From: Nageia nagi
Taxonomy: Eukaryota; Plantae; Pinophyta
Direction: 5' to 3'
NCBI GenBank assembly: GCA_050084985.1
Contig: JBITNC010000001.1
Location: forward strand, 42,160,001-42,224,000
Length of the DNA: 64,000 nt
The position numbers were made by a program, and so were the translations under genes. Position 1 is the stretch's first letter; every line of letters begins with the position of its first letter. Shown piece after piece: positions 1-13,000 of the stretch. The notes under the pieces are model-generated. The model was not told the origin of the DNA and ran no database searches. It saw only the letters and a list, made by a program, of their open reading frames with translations.

Positions 1-1194
1 TTTGCTTTATGTGAGGAACTAGTTTTACAATTTTGAGCATATGATGGCTTTTATTAGCACTGTTATAATTATCCATATATGAGGAACCAATATGTGTATT
101 TTGACATTGTTTAGTTATCCATATGTGAGGAACTTGTATGTGTTTATGTTTTATATTTTATGTCGATCAAAACATATTTTTTATACAAATAACTATGAGT
201 ATTGGCTTGATATCTTCATAATGATTTATAGTGCACCGTTGATTAGTTTATGGATGAAATTACTTGATTCATTTATCTTATATTGATATTAAGTTTATAT
301 GATGCATATTAATGATCTTTGTTATAAGCTTTCTGTAGCTTATAAGTTTCTTTTTGATAGTACATGTTACTTACTTCGAGTGGGAAGGCTCATAGAGGCT
401 CATGTCAACTTGTTGTTAAATGATTACTTTGTGTAGTGAAATCAATTATGGTTAATGATTGTATTGTAAACTATTTATCAAATGGTAAAGTAGTGAGTTT
501 AAATATAAGATTTTGCTTATTTCTCAAAGATGTGAATGTTTTCATCTTCGATTGTATCTCTATAGAAGAGAACTCTCTTTTACTCTCTCTTTTTTGTATT
601 TTCTTCACTCTACCTTAATATTGCATTAAGGGAGAGTGATAGAATGTATAATGCATTATTGTAATATCTATTCATGTAATTCATTTAATAGTTAAAGTTA
701 TCCCTAAATACTTTAAGTATTTAGTGAATATGATAATGTAAATTTACTAATACTTAAAAGTATCTCTAGATACCTTTTAATTATTTATGAATAAGATAAT
801 GTAACTTATCCTACATTCCATCTCATGAGCATGCCCCTTAGGTAAAAGGATGATGCATGTCATGACATTGTACAATGATTAATAGAGTGATCCAAGGGAG
901 GATTTTGGCCTATAAATAGAGGACCTCTTTGAGATTGCTCACTCAAGTTTGTAGAAATGTTATGCTCTAGTATTGTTAGAAGTAAGAAAGAATTATTGTA
1001 ACTATAAAAGAGTGTTATTTGAAAATTAAATCTTATATTAGTGGATGTATTACCATGGTTAGAGGAACCAATTTATATTTGTGTTAACTTTGCTAGATTA
1101 GTTATCTTGTTTATGCTATTATGATTATGTTTTAGAGAGCCTTCATGAGATCTTGATAGAATAAGAATTTACTTATTTAGGCTTATTTCCATCA
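1..1194 (+). mobile_element. 3' end of a Ty1/Copia LTR retrotransposon (3' untranslated region, PPT and 3' LTR ~637-1194), related to the element at 12489-20141
   Basis: 1-636 resembles ~19050-19661 (shared TTATCCATATGTGAGGAAC-type motifs). PPT AAGGGAGAG is followed by TGATAGAATGTATAATGCATTATT at 637, matching the LTR start TGTTGGAATGTATAATGCATTATT at 12489/19662. TATAAATAG at ~911. Ends ...CCATCA at ~1194, where L1 sequence begins. Confidence 0.8.
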
Positions 1195-4100
1195 CCTTTG
1201 GCAATAAATAATGCCTATGTGTCCAGAGTGGTTAGGGAGACAACATAATTCACATGTAACTCAGCGGAATCCATTTTTGTCTTTGTTATTAGCCCATAAA
1301 CAATCTTTGAGAAGTTTTTCTAACTTCTTGTAGCAATCTTGGGAAGGGATCTAATATGAAGAATAATAAACATAAGTGGAGGTAAGGAATTTAGAACAAA
1401 TTTGAAATTTCCCTGCAAGCAAAAGCTTCTTAGATATCTAGTGTCAGTTTTTTCCACCCTTTGAATCACATGAGTCTAGAGTTGGGCCTGGGTGGCTTGA
1501 AAAGCAAAAGGAATACTTAAAAATTTGAACACTTCTCTTGGTTGAATCCATTGCCATTGATATTGCATTAGCCATTTGGGAAAATCTACCATAGATTATC
1601 TATAACAAGAGGTTTTACTCCATTAGGTACTGGAAGTAGAATCTTTGTAGAAAGTGTCCAAACATTTCGGACAGAGGTTTGGTATTCCCTCAAAGTGAGG
1701 AAATAATCATCTACAAAATGATCATTAATAAGCTATCCTTGATTTACAAGAAGAGAAATGCTATGGAGTGTCTCTTGGGATGCCTTGGTTGTAAGCAGGT
1801 AGCCAAAGGCTTCAATAGCTAACACATATAATGAGGGAGCTAAAGGGAAACCTTGTCTAACTAATTTGTGTAACGTAATTGGAATATTTTGATTACCATA
1901 AAGGGTGATAACTGCTGAAGCATTAGAGAAAAGCATCTTAACTTTATGTAATGAAATGGGGTCAAAACCAAGAGCTTGGAGCATTGCAAGAATAAAATTC
2001 CTCTTTATTTTATCATATACTTTCTCAAAATTAATTTTTATGAACAAGGTATTCTACTGAGAAGCTTGAGACCATTCCATACCTTCCTAAATTGTAATGA
2101 CATTGTCAAGTATGTATTGACTTTGAATGAAACATGTTTGTTCAGGTTGAACAATTTGAGGCAACAAAGGTCTGATTCTTAAGGATAAGGCTTTGGATAT
2201 AATTTTGTAGCTAACATTTAACAATATGATAGGCCTCCAACAAGTAATAAGCCTAAGATTTCTAGACTTGGGAATGAGTTTAATATTCCCTTTGTTTATA
2301 ATGTCACCTAGTGAACTAGTAATAAGGGCTTCTTAAAAAACATAGAGTATATCTAGGCTAACCACATCCTAGAGCTACTTGTAAAATTCACAGGGGAATC
2401 CAACAATCCAAGGAGCTTTCTCGTTCACCATACATGAAAGAGCTTGATTTAGATCATCCATAGTGAACAAATGCTTACACTCCTCTTTTTGAAAGAGAGA
2501 GAGTTTGATATGGACAACACCATAGCATTCCAATAAAGCTTCTTGTATTTCCAAAGTGAAGGGTTGTGAGGTGAATACTTGCTAATAATTCTTAAAAATG
2601 GCATGAAAAATACTGAGGGTATGTAATTCTCATATTCTCATCCATTATGAATTTGAATAGAGCAGCCATTCTATGTGACCTTAACCTTTGGAAGAATGTT
2701 TTAGCACCCTTGTCCCTAATGCGAAGCCAATGCAGGCGAGCATGAATCTAAGCCCCCTTAGCTTCATAAAGCTCAACATTTCTTAGTTCTTATATCATTG
2801 TATCAAAATGTTGTTTTAGCTTAATACTTCAAGGATTGGCTTCCAACTAGATGGAAGCACAAGCATACTCATTTTTAAGTGTAGTACTGGACTGCTTAAT
2901 TTTTTTTGCAAGCTTGAATCCTAGAATTCTCAGAATCAAGAATGTTCAAAGGATAGATTCATTACACCACTCAATCCACCTTATGGCTCTAGCAAGTCAT
3001 GGAACCAAGTTCCAGACTCTACGAATATGGTAAACAATAGTAATTTGGTGAAGAAAAGGAACATTTAGATAAAATTCATAATGAAAAATTATAGGATGAT
3101 GCTGCAAGGGAGCCACTTTAAAAAATGGTAAATGATTAGAGATGGTGTTACCTGGGATAACATGGAAAAGGGGGAAGTTTGAGGATGCATTTTAGAAAGA
3201 AAAACTAGAATGCTAAAAAAACATGACTCTATCTAATCTCTTATGAATTCTATCTCCATTGACTTGGAAATTGGACCAAGTAAATTAGATAGAGTATGAC
3301 ATGCAATGGGGTTGACAAGTCTATGCTTATTTTTAAAAAAGAACCAAACATCTTTTTATCCTGCACACCATCACATAAGAAGTATTCCAAGCTTATCTTC
3401 TAGTTTTTCAACCATGTTAAAATCAATCCAGAAAAGCTAAACTGCTTGTGGTAGAGACAACACAAGCCATAACCAAAGAATACACCTCTCAGGTCCTTGA
3501 TTTGCGACATAAACATTAACAATTCAAAAAGGTTGCCCATCAAAATCAAAGAGCATCCACACTGCTTGACTTGAGGGGTTCATTCCCCAAGAGATTAATT
3601 GGGAGTTTCACTTTGCAAGAATAATTGTGATAGCTCCACATCTACCTTGGTAATGATTGGTAGTATAGAAAGAGCTTCATGGCCATAAAAAGGAAGTGAC
3701 ACATTCTAAGTTAAAATCATGGGATATAACTTTTTGCAAACAAAGAAAATCTAGTTTCCTATACTCTTAAGTATTTTTTTTTCAATTTCACTTCTAATCG
3801 AATATTTTTCAAACTAGGTCCATCAACCCTTTGACATTCCATGAATTGAAATTCATTGAGGAGAGTCAAGGTGCATATCACCATCAAAATATTTTGTCTT
3901 AGGATCCTCCATGTCAAAATCCTTGGTGTCTCCCAAATCCCTAAGAGAGGAATATGGGTTTGCATGCAAGTTGGCATAATTAGTGCCTGCAAATACATTG
4001 AATGGGCACTTATCTTGATAGGTAGATGATAATGTTCTAGGAGGACTATGGGACCTACTGGAATGCACCAACACTTTTGTAGTTAGTTTCCAAAAGGGGA

Positions 4101-5230
4101 TGTGGGATTGAGAGAACTGCATGGGATGTGGTGGGCATGGAAGACTAAGGTGGTGGCTAGGAATGAGAAACATGATGCGATGGTGGAGTTGAGGTTACAT
4201 TTCCACGAGGCAGAGTGACATGTTATTACTTAGATTTTTGTTTTGGGTTGCAATTTTTCCTCCGTAATCGAAATCCAATGTCCTGATGGATCACCATTTC
4301 TATTGCTAGGGATGGTCTTAGTAGTTGGTTTGGGGACTAAGGTCGAATTTGAGCTAGAGGACGTATTTTCCATTGAATTGTAAGACTTGAATCTTCCTTC
4401 CATAAGGGGGCAATCCTAGATATTATGATCAACCAACTGGCATCAATAATAAGTATTCGATAGGTTGATATAGAAAAAATATTGATAGAAAGTGAACTAA
4501 CCAATATTCAGCACCAGATGTTCTCTTAAGTCCTTTGAGAGATCTATCTTGACACAAATTCTTTTATAGGGTCAAACCTCATAGAACTTCAATTTTTAAC
4601 ATAAACAAATGTGCCTAGAGGGGCAAAAATATTTTCTAGAAAGGGCTAGTGAGGGATTGGGAGATCAGAGAGTTTGAACCAAAAGGGATTTGTAATGAAG
4701 CTCCCTTCTCAATAGAAAAATATATTTTCTATGGCTTAAATACCAAGAGTGAGTTCCTTACATACCAAGGATCGTGGTTAAAGATTGACTTAACATTGTC
4801 CTCATGAGGGAAATGGAATAGGAAAAATCCTTTGGTAAGGTTTTAGATTCCTTCCACTTTGACACCATAAGATGTCCAATATTATTGGACCTATCTACAG
4901 ATAATAAAATCCACCAGGATACATCATATAAAGAAACTAATGAGAGTATGTTTATTAAGCCAGCTATAAAACCCACCCAATGACTCTTGTTGTGACCTTG
5001 ATGACTTCGGGGAATTTGAATTAAATTTGAGATAATCTATGTTATGAAATGAATTATGAATGGTTATATGCATCATTTGTGTCAATTTGATTCTGGATTT
5101 GAGGTTGTTGTGACACAGGTAATAGGTTAACCCAACGAGGGAGTTAGGTGGGAGACCCTAGGGAACCAAAGATGAGTTGGTTATGGGAACATATTGGTAA
5201 AAGTGAGGATATGATTGGCATTGATTCGCT
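1195..5230 (-). mobile_element. Degenerate L1-clade LINE (ORF1 with zinc knuckle, APE endonuclease, RT), cut at its 3' side by the Copia LTR
   Basis: Minus-strand motifs. RT: IKINFEKVYDKI and VRQGFPLAPSLYVLA (ORF 1733-2047), FVDD ~1710. Endonuclease (3100-3750): CLQK, VNVY, DFNMVE, FTWSN...RLDRV, SNHLP. ORF1: decayed CX2CX4HX4C-like motif ~4400-4450. Many stops and frameshifts. Confidence 0.85.
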
Positions 5231-6399
5231 GACAGCCCACAAGGGCCTTCGTAAATCATATAGCTGTATATCATAATTATTATGCATGATATTTGATCCT
5301 TATGATGTGTGTAATGCACGTGTACACTAACAAACATTTACCTTGCAAGACAGGCAATCTCGTAGGTAAACTTATGTGCCAAAAATTTGATGTGCATGCT
5401 TGGATTGCTTGAGTACATTTGAAGTTGGAAAGAATATTTCAAATATTTAAATTTGAATTTTTACTAAAGCATTTTAGTTTTTGCAAACAATAAAATCCTA
5501 AGGGTTGGGTGAAAATAAAAATTTAGGAATGAAAACTATTTTGGTATTTTGTGGTAGTTGAAAGGCTATCTTGGCATTTTGCAAAAATAATAAATGAGTC
5601 ATCTCCATACATTTTAGTCAGTTATGTTAGGTGTATAAAATTATTGATGAACCTTTTTCATACACTCTGGTGCCTAATGTGAGGTGTGCAAATTATTTTG
5701 TAAGACATAGGACTTGTAAATAAAATTGTCAAAATCCTACCACAAAATAATGAAACCCCTACCATTCATGAACAAAAACATGTGAAGTGGAAAAATAGTT
5801 ACACTTTTGGATGGACTATACCAAATTTTGACTATAAATACCTAGGTGAATGATCATTATGGGACACTTATCCTCCCCCCCCCCCCCAAGCTTGGTCTAA
5901 TAAGACGTGAAGGAAAAAATTTTCCTCTTATTAAGTCCAGGTGCTTTTCCTAGGATTTTAGACACTAATGCTAAAATGCTTAACTTTAGTTTTGTATTTT
6001 TGATATTTTTTAGTATATTTAAAGGAAGAAATGTTTGTTTAAGAGTTTGTAATAGTTATTAATAGGGTTTTTTTTTTTTTTTTATTAACGATCTTACATT
6101 CAATGTACCTTGAGAAAGTATATTATTTGTAATTATTTAATACCTTTGCATGTAAATGTTTGTACATCTTGTTTAAACATGTATGCAAGTATTTAAAGAA
6201 AAGATGGGACAAATTAAAAAATCCATGATCTTGTAAGTTCACATGAACCAATTCTTTTTGATATAGTACTTACAATAAAAATAAACAAATTACATTGGAA
6301 CATGTACCCATTTTACATTTTGTTTGATTTCAAAAGGATGGCGTGGACTAGGGAAGTCTCCTTTGAGCTTTACCATGGTCAAATACTGGTTTTATTATG

Positions 6400-7165
6400 A
6401 AGAGATGTTTGACAGATAATTCGCAGACCCTTTTATGTATCCTTATTGTGCATTGAGGTCCATGAGGCTACGTCTTTATGAGGCATTTTATCAAACCGTT
6501 CGCAGACCCTTCCATCACATCTATATGTGCATAGCTATGATCATTGGCAACCATAAGACCACATTTCTGTGATGTACTGTGTCAAACCATATGAAGGTCT
6601 TTCCAGCAAACCATTTGAGGAAATTCGCGATCATGTTGTTATAATTTGATGAGGCGTTCAGTCAAAACAATTCTTCCTACGTAACTATTTTGTACTTATC
6701 TTGCATTTGGATGAGGCATTTTTTTAGGTCGTCCAAATGTATCCGTTTGTGTCTGTATCATGTGATCATTGCATTACATTTCGAGGAGGCATTTTATCAA
6801 AAAATTCGCAGGTTTTCCCAATGTATCAGTTTGTGTGCAAATCATGCGATCACCACGGACCATGAGATTGCATTTCAATGAGGCATTTTGTCCAACAATT
6901 TGTAGACCCTCCCAACTTATCCGTTTTGTGCATATTTAATCATTACGGTCCATGAGATATTATTTCGATGAAGCATTTTGTCAAACAATATGTTGTTCCC
7001 CTTCCAACGTACCCATTTTGTTCATATAATGCGATCATTGCAGCACATGAGACTGCATTTCGATGAGGCATTTTGTCAACAAATCGTAGGCCCTTCCCAT
7101 GTATCCATTTCGTACATATCCTACGAGTGCATATACATCGATCATTGTCATGATTTTTTCGATAG
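6400..7165 (-). pseudogene. Decayed PLS-class pentatricopeptide-repeat (PPR) gene, about 9 degenerate S-type motifs
   Basis: The ~60-95 bp repeated units translate on the minus strand as GYVRNGYMGRAYDL / DKMPHRNAVSCAAMIALYEQNGYVGRG / DKMLHRNNISWTVMIKYAQNG*VGRVYKLLDKMPH*NAISWSVVIA, matching the consensus LFDKMPxRNVVSWTAMIAGYAQNG. Frameshifts and stops throughout. Confidence 0.85.
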
Positions 7166-7899
7166 ATGAAGGATGCAAAATTATTCTAAGGCTCGGAGAT
7201 AGAGCGCAAACACTCGACCTCTGTAAATAAGTTTTTTCCAGTTTTCACTTATTCAGGAATGTCCACTCTATCACGGGTGAATTCTGAGCTTTTTCCAAAT
7301 TCCCTCCGTCGCAGGGTCCACATGAATAATTTGAGAAATGACAATAATCAATAGAAAAGCTTTTAGTCTCTTCTTAATCTTACTCGATTTAAAGAAATAT
7401 TGTTAAAATGATTATTAAGCTACTGTAAGATTAAATAAAAGTATAAATAGAATCTGGGATATAAGATATTGATCTAGCTTTACTATAGAAAATTAAAAGT
7501 CATGGTTTTAAAATTGATAAATAATCATACTACCTCTATGATATGATTGTCCTTACGATATGACATGGAATAATTTCATAAGTTTTTAATGAATGGAATT
7601 TTGATGAGTGTTATTGGACTTATACTTATTTTGAAATGATAGATAATTATTTACTTGATTGATGATTTACCAATTGTGGATACATTTCATCTATTTTCAG
7701 AATTAATGCTTTATTTAAAACCCATTGATAGATTGCTAACCTCTATAAAATTATGGACAAATTAAGTTTAATGGATGTGGCTCATCTATCCTAATCTAGC
7801 TATGATAAACCTATATAATTAGATGGGATTAAAGTATTTTGTGGTCGTGAATGAAACATAAGTCCTTTTTAAATAGGAAATGAACTATTTTTGAATTGA

Positions 7900-9450
7900 A
7901 TTTGTCTATTAAATTCTATATATATATATTGATGTTGGATGCCTTGCTTCAGTAACGAATTAACAAGATAGATGCTTCATGATCAAGGAAGAGATGTAGT
8001 CTTTCAATGAGACCTAAAACCTCTTGAGATCAAGAATGAAGCAATTACTTTGAGATTATGGTGAATTCAAATGAAAATTGTTTGAATTAATTACACTTGA
8101 TTGATTAAAGCACTTAGGGGTAGGATGCATATCATCATATATAAGAGTTGTCCTGATCCTCAATATACTCTTACCCAATCCTAGTACTCAATACTATATG
8201 TTCTTGGTTCTTGTGGTTAGATGCATGATCAAGGACAATAGTAGATGGATGGAGACTCATCAAAGGAAAAGGATGGTGATGAATAACCCCTTCAAAGCTG
8301 ATATTTCTTATGTAAATAATATTATTGCAAATTGTACAATAATAGCAAACCCTAATTTGACACCTCAAGTATGAAGGAACAATGACTTGTGAAAGATATT
8401 ATGTAAGATAAGAAATATTCTTAAGTATGACCATAATCAATGGTTAGAATCATATTAGGTGTGATGTAATTATAGATTCTTTGTCTAGTGAATTAATGAG
8501 ATATTTTATTTGCAAAAGTAAGGTCCTATACATGATATGATGTACTCTATTCCTTTACAAAAATGAAGTTTTGACATGCCTTGATCAAAGTAGAGAATCT
8601 ATAGAGATATACCCTCTTAATAGATTGAATAAGCCTCATTTATGGATTTAGAGTATTGATGTACTACATTAGGATTGAATGCCTTAAAGTAAGTTTGGAT
8701 TGTGTGAATGTAGAATCAAAGTAAAAAGTAACTAAGTTCATTAGTAAATATAGTTTAGGATTATAATACATTAAGGGTGTAGGAGACATCGTAAAATATA
8801 GACAAGGGCACAAATAGTTCATTAAAGGAAATTAAAAGTTTAAATCTGTTACCCAATTAATAGATAGTCAAGGATGGGTATGTTCCTGAATTGTTGAATT
8901 ACACATCTAAGATATGAAAAGTCATGACCATAATAATTTATTAAGGAAATAGAGATGATATAATATGTTCCTTGGCTTGAATGTTATTATTAATTTACCA
9001 ACAAAATAAATAGGTTTCCAAGTAAAGGGATGAAAGGATGGTCTTTGTAAATCGATCAATATAATCAAAGACATTTGATAATGCTATCATAACCTTAGTA
9101 CATTACATTGAAAATAAAGAGATAATATCCTAGAAATAGGACCTCAAATGAAGGGATTGATCAAATGATATAGTTAGGCAATCTAGCCCAAGTATTGGAT
9201 ACTAGAAAGAGAGATTAGATAAATTGAAATTATCATTGGTTTGTTAGACAACAAGAAATGATCTCCTGAGTATGTCGCACTCCCTTGTGAGAAGTAGCCA
9301 CTTTTCAAGCATCTCAAGACTTTATGAATATTCTTTCACCACATCATGCATATGGAGTATTTATAATAAGTACTATTGGATATTATTTGACAACTTTATG
9401 AATAAGTTTGCTTGAAACTTCTTGAGCACGTTTGATGAATTTATTGCTTT
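7900..9450 (+). mobile_element. Very degenerate sequence, possibly a retroelement gag/protease remnant
   Basis: Only weak motif hints (VIIDS ~8465, YGF...TLG ~8640). No termini recognised. Confidence 0.25.
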
Positions 9451-9799
9451 TGTTTATCAAATATGATTGCTAATGTGATGAGTGGTTTGAACACCCTACT
9501 GCGTGACTTAAGCATGAAACCTAGAAAAAAATTAATAATTGGTCTAGTACTAATTATTCCTAGGGACATCAGAGTGGGAATAGTCTTATCTATAATTTTG
9601 CTTTTAAAATTTATTAGACTAAAAAAACCACTCGAGGGTAGTATTCTAAGGAAGAGCTTATCCTCCGACAAAATTTGCTTATATATGCCGAAGGTATACG
9701 CACAACTTTGCCATCGCCCATCGTATAATTCACCACCATCCTACCACTTGTCTATATACATGTAGACCTTATGAGGATATATGTCACTGATATATTATG

Positions 9800-10230
9800 A
9801 TATATGCCCATGGTATATTGTTCAAAATATACAAAATTTAAAACCTTCTCTACATGTTTCTGACTCAATGTTATACTAGTTAACGAATTACACCCAAAAA
9901 ATGATAATTCGTGTTTGAATCTCACCCAAGCATTTTGCATCAATAATTCAATTTTTTGTTTCCATGCTTTTACATATTTTGAACTTAATATATGCATCAA
10001 ATTTATGCATTAAATTAATATACACCCAAAATTTATGTATTCAATTGATTTATGCCCATGGTATATTATTCAAAATATACAAAATTTAAAACTTTTGTTG
10101 CATGTTGTTTTCGACTCAATGGTATAGTGGTTAATGCATTGCACCAAAAAAATGGTGACTTTGAATCTCATTTAGGCCTTTTGCATCAACACTTAGAAAT
10201 TTTTGGGTCCATTTTTTGCATGTTTTTTAT
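9800..10230 (+). repeat. Diverged ~190-bp direct repeat pair (~9800-9990 and ~10050-10230) separated by ~30-bp units
   Basis: TATGCCCATGGTATATT.TTCAAAATATACAAAATTTAAAAC...GACTCAATG...CACC.AAAAAATG occurs twice. The units between them (AATATATGC...AATTTATGCATT.AA.T) recur at 11310-11440. Confidence 0.7.
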
Positions 10231-10479
10231 TTTATCGAGACAAAAAAAAGCCATTTGTTAAATTAATGGTTTTTTTATACAAGTACCCAAAACCTGTTAT
10301 TAAAAATTTGTAACAGTATCAATAACATCTTGCCATTATTTATTTTGTATAGTTGTATAATGTTCTTCCTAAAAGATACATGAGAACCCAATACAAAGTT
10401 GGGCATAGATTTCATACAAATATCAATTTTAACCATGAATCATTCTACTACAAAAATCGTAGTATGAGAAACAAATTTT

Positions 10480-11290
10480 TCTTACTTTTATTCTTTTCCA
10501 TATTTTAGGAGAAGACCTCTCCCAAAATCATTAAGTGTTTTTTCTTGGCCTTCAGCAACTTCCTTGGCAGTTTCAATTTCTCGTCTCTCCTTCGCATGGT
10601 CATCCCACATGCCTTTGACTTACATCTTCTCTTTTTAAGGCACTTTGTAGTATCCTTTGGCTAATTTTGGGGATGTGCATATCATTAGAGTCTAATTGGA
10701 TTTCCACATGTGAACTTTATCATCTTTTTTTGGGCTTTACATGTGTCCAACCCTCAATATCTAGTGTTTTTTGAGCTTGCATATTTAGATCATTTTCTAT
10801 GATTTGTTCAATTGTAATTGAATTATCATTTTCTTCCAATTTTTCTCTAGCTACAATCACCTCATTAGGAGTAGATTCAACATTATTGGCTTCTTTTTCA
10901 ATATCAACATTTGTATTTGGGGTAATCTCTACCCTATCAGTATCAAAGATCCTATTGCTATCCTCATCCACTCTAGCTTACATCACCCTTTCTGATTGAT
11001 CAGAGGTTTCCTTTCAAATATGATCACCTTATTTTTTTATCCATACAATCTAAGCAGGGCATGAGCTCAAGCTATGCCCAACCTGATTACATGTTGGGCA
11101 TAAGCAATTATTTCTTTCAAACTGAAGTTCTTGCATCCATTCCCCCAAATTTGATTTAATCATTACAATATTTGGTAGTTTAGTTCCATATTCTACCATA
11201 ATGCAAATTATTACCTCTATGAGTCTTATCTAGGATTTTGTTACTTCATCAGCTGTAATTAATTTTACAAAGGAACTTACAATTCCATTT
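10480..11290 (-). mobile_element. L1 LINE ORF1 fragment
   Basis: Minus strand reads SNLGEWMQELQFERNNCLCPTCNQVGHSLSSCP (CX2CX4HX4C knuckle, ~11055-11155), followed by an acidic low-complexity stretch (ORF 10720-10971 ending GWTHVKPKKR), typical of plant L1 ORF1. Confidence 0.75.
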
Positions 11291-11309
11291 TTTTTACATA
11301 TTTTTAACC

Positions 11310-11445
11310 TAATATATGCCTTGGATTTATGCATTAAACTAATATATGCCTAGAATTTATGCATTCAAGTGATATATGCCCAACATATATGCATTTAATT
11401 GATATACAACCAAAATATATACATAAATATGATATACAACAAAAA
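11310..11445 (+). repeat. ~30-bp degenerate tandem repeat (4-5 units)
   Basis: AATATATGCCTTGGATTTATGCATTAAACT / AATATATGCCTAGAATTTATGCATTCAAGT / GATATATGCCCAACATATATGCATTTAATT and further units. Confidence 0.7.
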
Positions 11446-12488
11446 TATATCTACCACCATCATCAAATCACCACTTCGTTTGCTCAGGTCTATCGATGCT
11501 TCCTGATTCTAATACCCATGGCTTCCTAAGATATGGGAATGGGGATGCCAAACATCATGGTGAGCCTAACCAATAGATATGGGTAGGCTAGTGTCTCATA
11601 CACTCGACAAGTTATCTAAAGAGGGTAGTAGTCAATAAAAATGCAGTTATCAGGTGAAGGTAACTAGTAGTCATACTTACTACAGTTAAGAAAATAGATA
11701 TATGATGATTGTTCCATAGGCGATAATGCTTTCCCATTTCATATGGAAGATTTCTTAGGATAATTTATCTACACTTATGAATCAGAGGGTAATACATCAA
11801 GTGAATATGATTAACTTTATGGATAAGTAATCTCTTGGGTGATATGGGCCTTAAGAAGAAAACCACAATGTGGTGACCAAAATGTCTATTGCATAGTTCA
11901 TGGATGGGAATGGTGGGGTCACCTATGTGGAATATATCAATGGGATGAGCATTAAGAAGTGAACACCATAAAATTTTTAATCAATGTTGGCTATTCTAGA
12001 TTTGACTAATCTTTCCATATGGGTGTTGACTAGCTATCAACATTGGCATACTAATGTGGATCACCTTGTCCATTCCTAGACCATTCAAGTGTTGAAAATT
12101 GAAAAAAAAAAGCATAAATAGGTCTAAAATTTTAGGGTTTTGTGAAGTCAAGAATAGTTGAGTGTTACACCAACCTCAATCATTTTTAAAGTCATCTACT
12201 GGGATAGTAACATCAAGAGTAGGGATATTACCTTGAAGTACACCTTTGGGAAGAATTTTTGAGATTCCTTGGATGCCATTACTCTATCCAATAGCTTCAA
12301 CTAGAGTTGAAACTACATAATGAATCAAATCCATGTTAAAAAAACCAACATCCCCCTTAAGGTGATGTTAGGAATGTTGACATAGCCCTCAAAGTTGAAT
12401 GTAATAAATTTTGCACATAGCTCGATGTGATGTGAAACCCTAGAAAGATTGTTAGACTCATGGAAACTAGAATTCTTAGTCTTACAAA

Positions 12489-12986
12489 TGTTGGAATGTA
12501 TAATGCATTATTGTAAAGGTTATGTAATAATATTCTATGTAAGTTCATTAATACTGAAGAGTATCATTTGATACCTTAAGTATTTAAGTGAATATGATAA
12601 TATAACTTATCCTACACTCCATGTCATGAGCATGCCCTTTGGGTAAAAGGATGTGAATGTCATGCTTTTGTACATTGGATAAAAGGGTGATCCAAAGAGA
12701 GATTTTGGACTATAAATATAAGGCTCTCTCTTTGATCATACACCAATTTGTGGAGTAAAGTTATGCTATAGGATAGTGTTTAGAAGAAAAGTTTAGGAGG
12801 ATTGTAAGAGATTCATATTTGTGAATGAAGTGAGATCTAGTTAATGGATGTACTCTTAGTTGGAGGAACCACTTACTTCTTGTGTCACTTTGTGAGATTG
12901 TCTTATTGAGTTATCTTGATGTTTGAGTGAGCTTTCATTTGATCTTGGGAATATAGAGTTGTTTGTGTTATATTGCAACTCTCTCA
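12489..12986 (+). repeat. Copia 5' LTR
   Basis: TGTTGGAATG...CTCTCTCA. About 30 substitutions plus 3 indels versus the 3' LTR by eye (roughly 6%). TATAAATA at 12711. Confidence 0.95.
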
Positions 12987-12988
12987 TT

Positions 12989-13000
12989 TGGTATTAGAAC
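12989..13000 (+). promoter_or_regulatory. Primer-binding site (tRNA-iMet type)
   Basis: TGGTATTAGAAC just after the LTR, a decayed TGGTATCAGAGC. Confidence 0.85.

Noticed and set aside
5240-6350. Possible MITE/Helitron between the L1 and the PPR relic (poly-C at ~5875)
   Set aside because: No TIR, TSD or terminal hairpin could be identified.
6400-7165. Satellite or CRISPR-like repeat; plus-strand ORFs 6690-6881 and 6978-7169
   Set aside because: The periodicity is explained by PPR motifs on the minus strand; the plus-strand ORFs are antisense shadows.
12150-12380. Minus-strand PPT/LTR start (AAGGGGGATGTTGG) of an older Copia hosting the 12489 element
   Set aside because: Plausible, but no second LTR or coding motif could be confirmed.
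12989-13000. tRNA gene fragments (also 44824 and 55080)
   Set aside because: These are 12-nt primer-binding sites, not tRNA genes.
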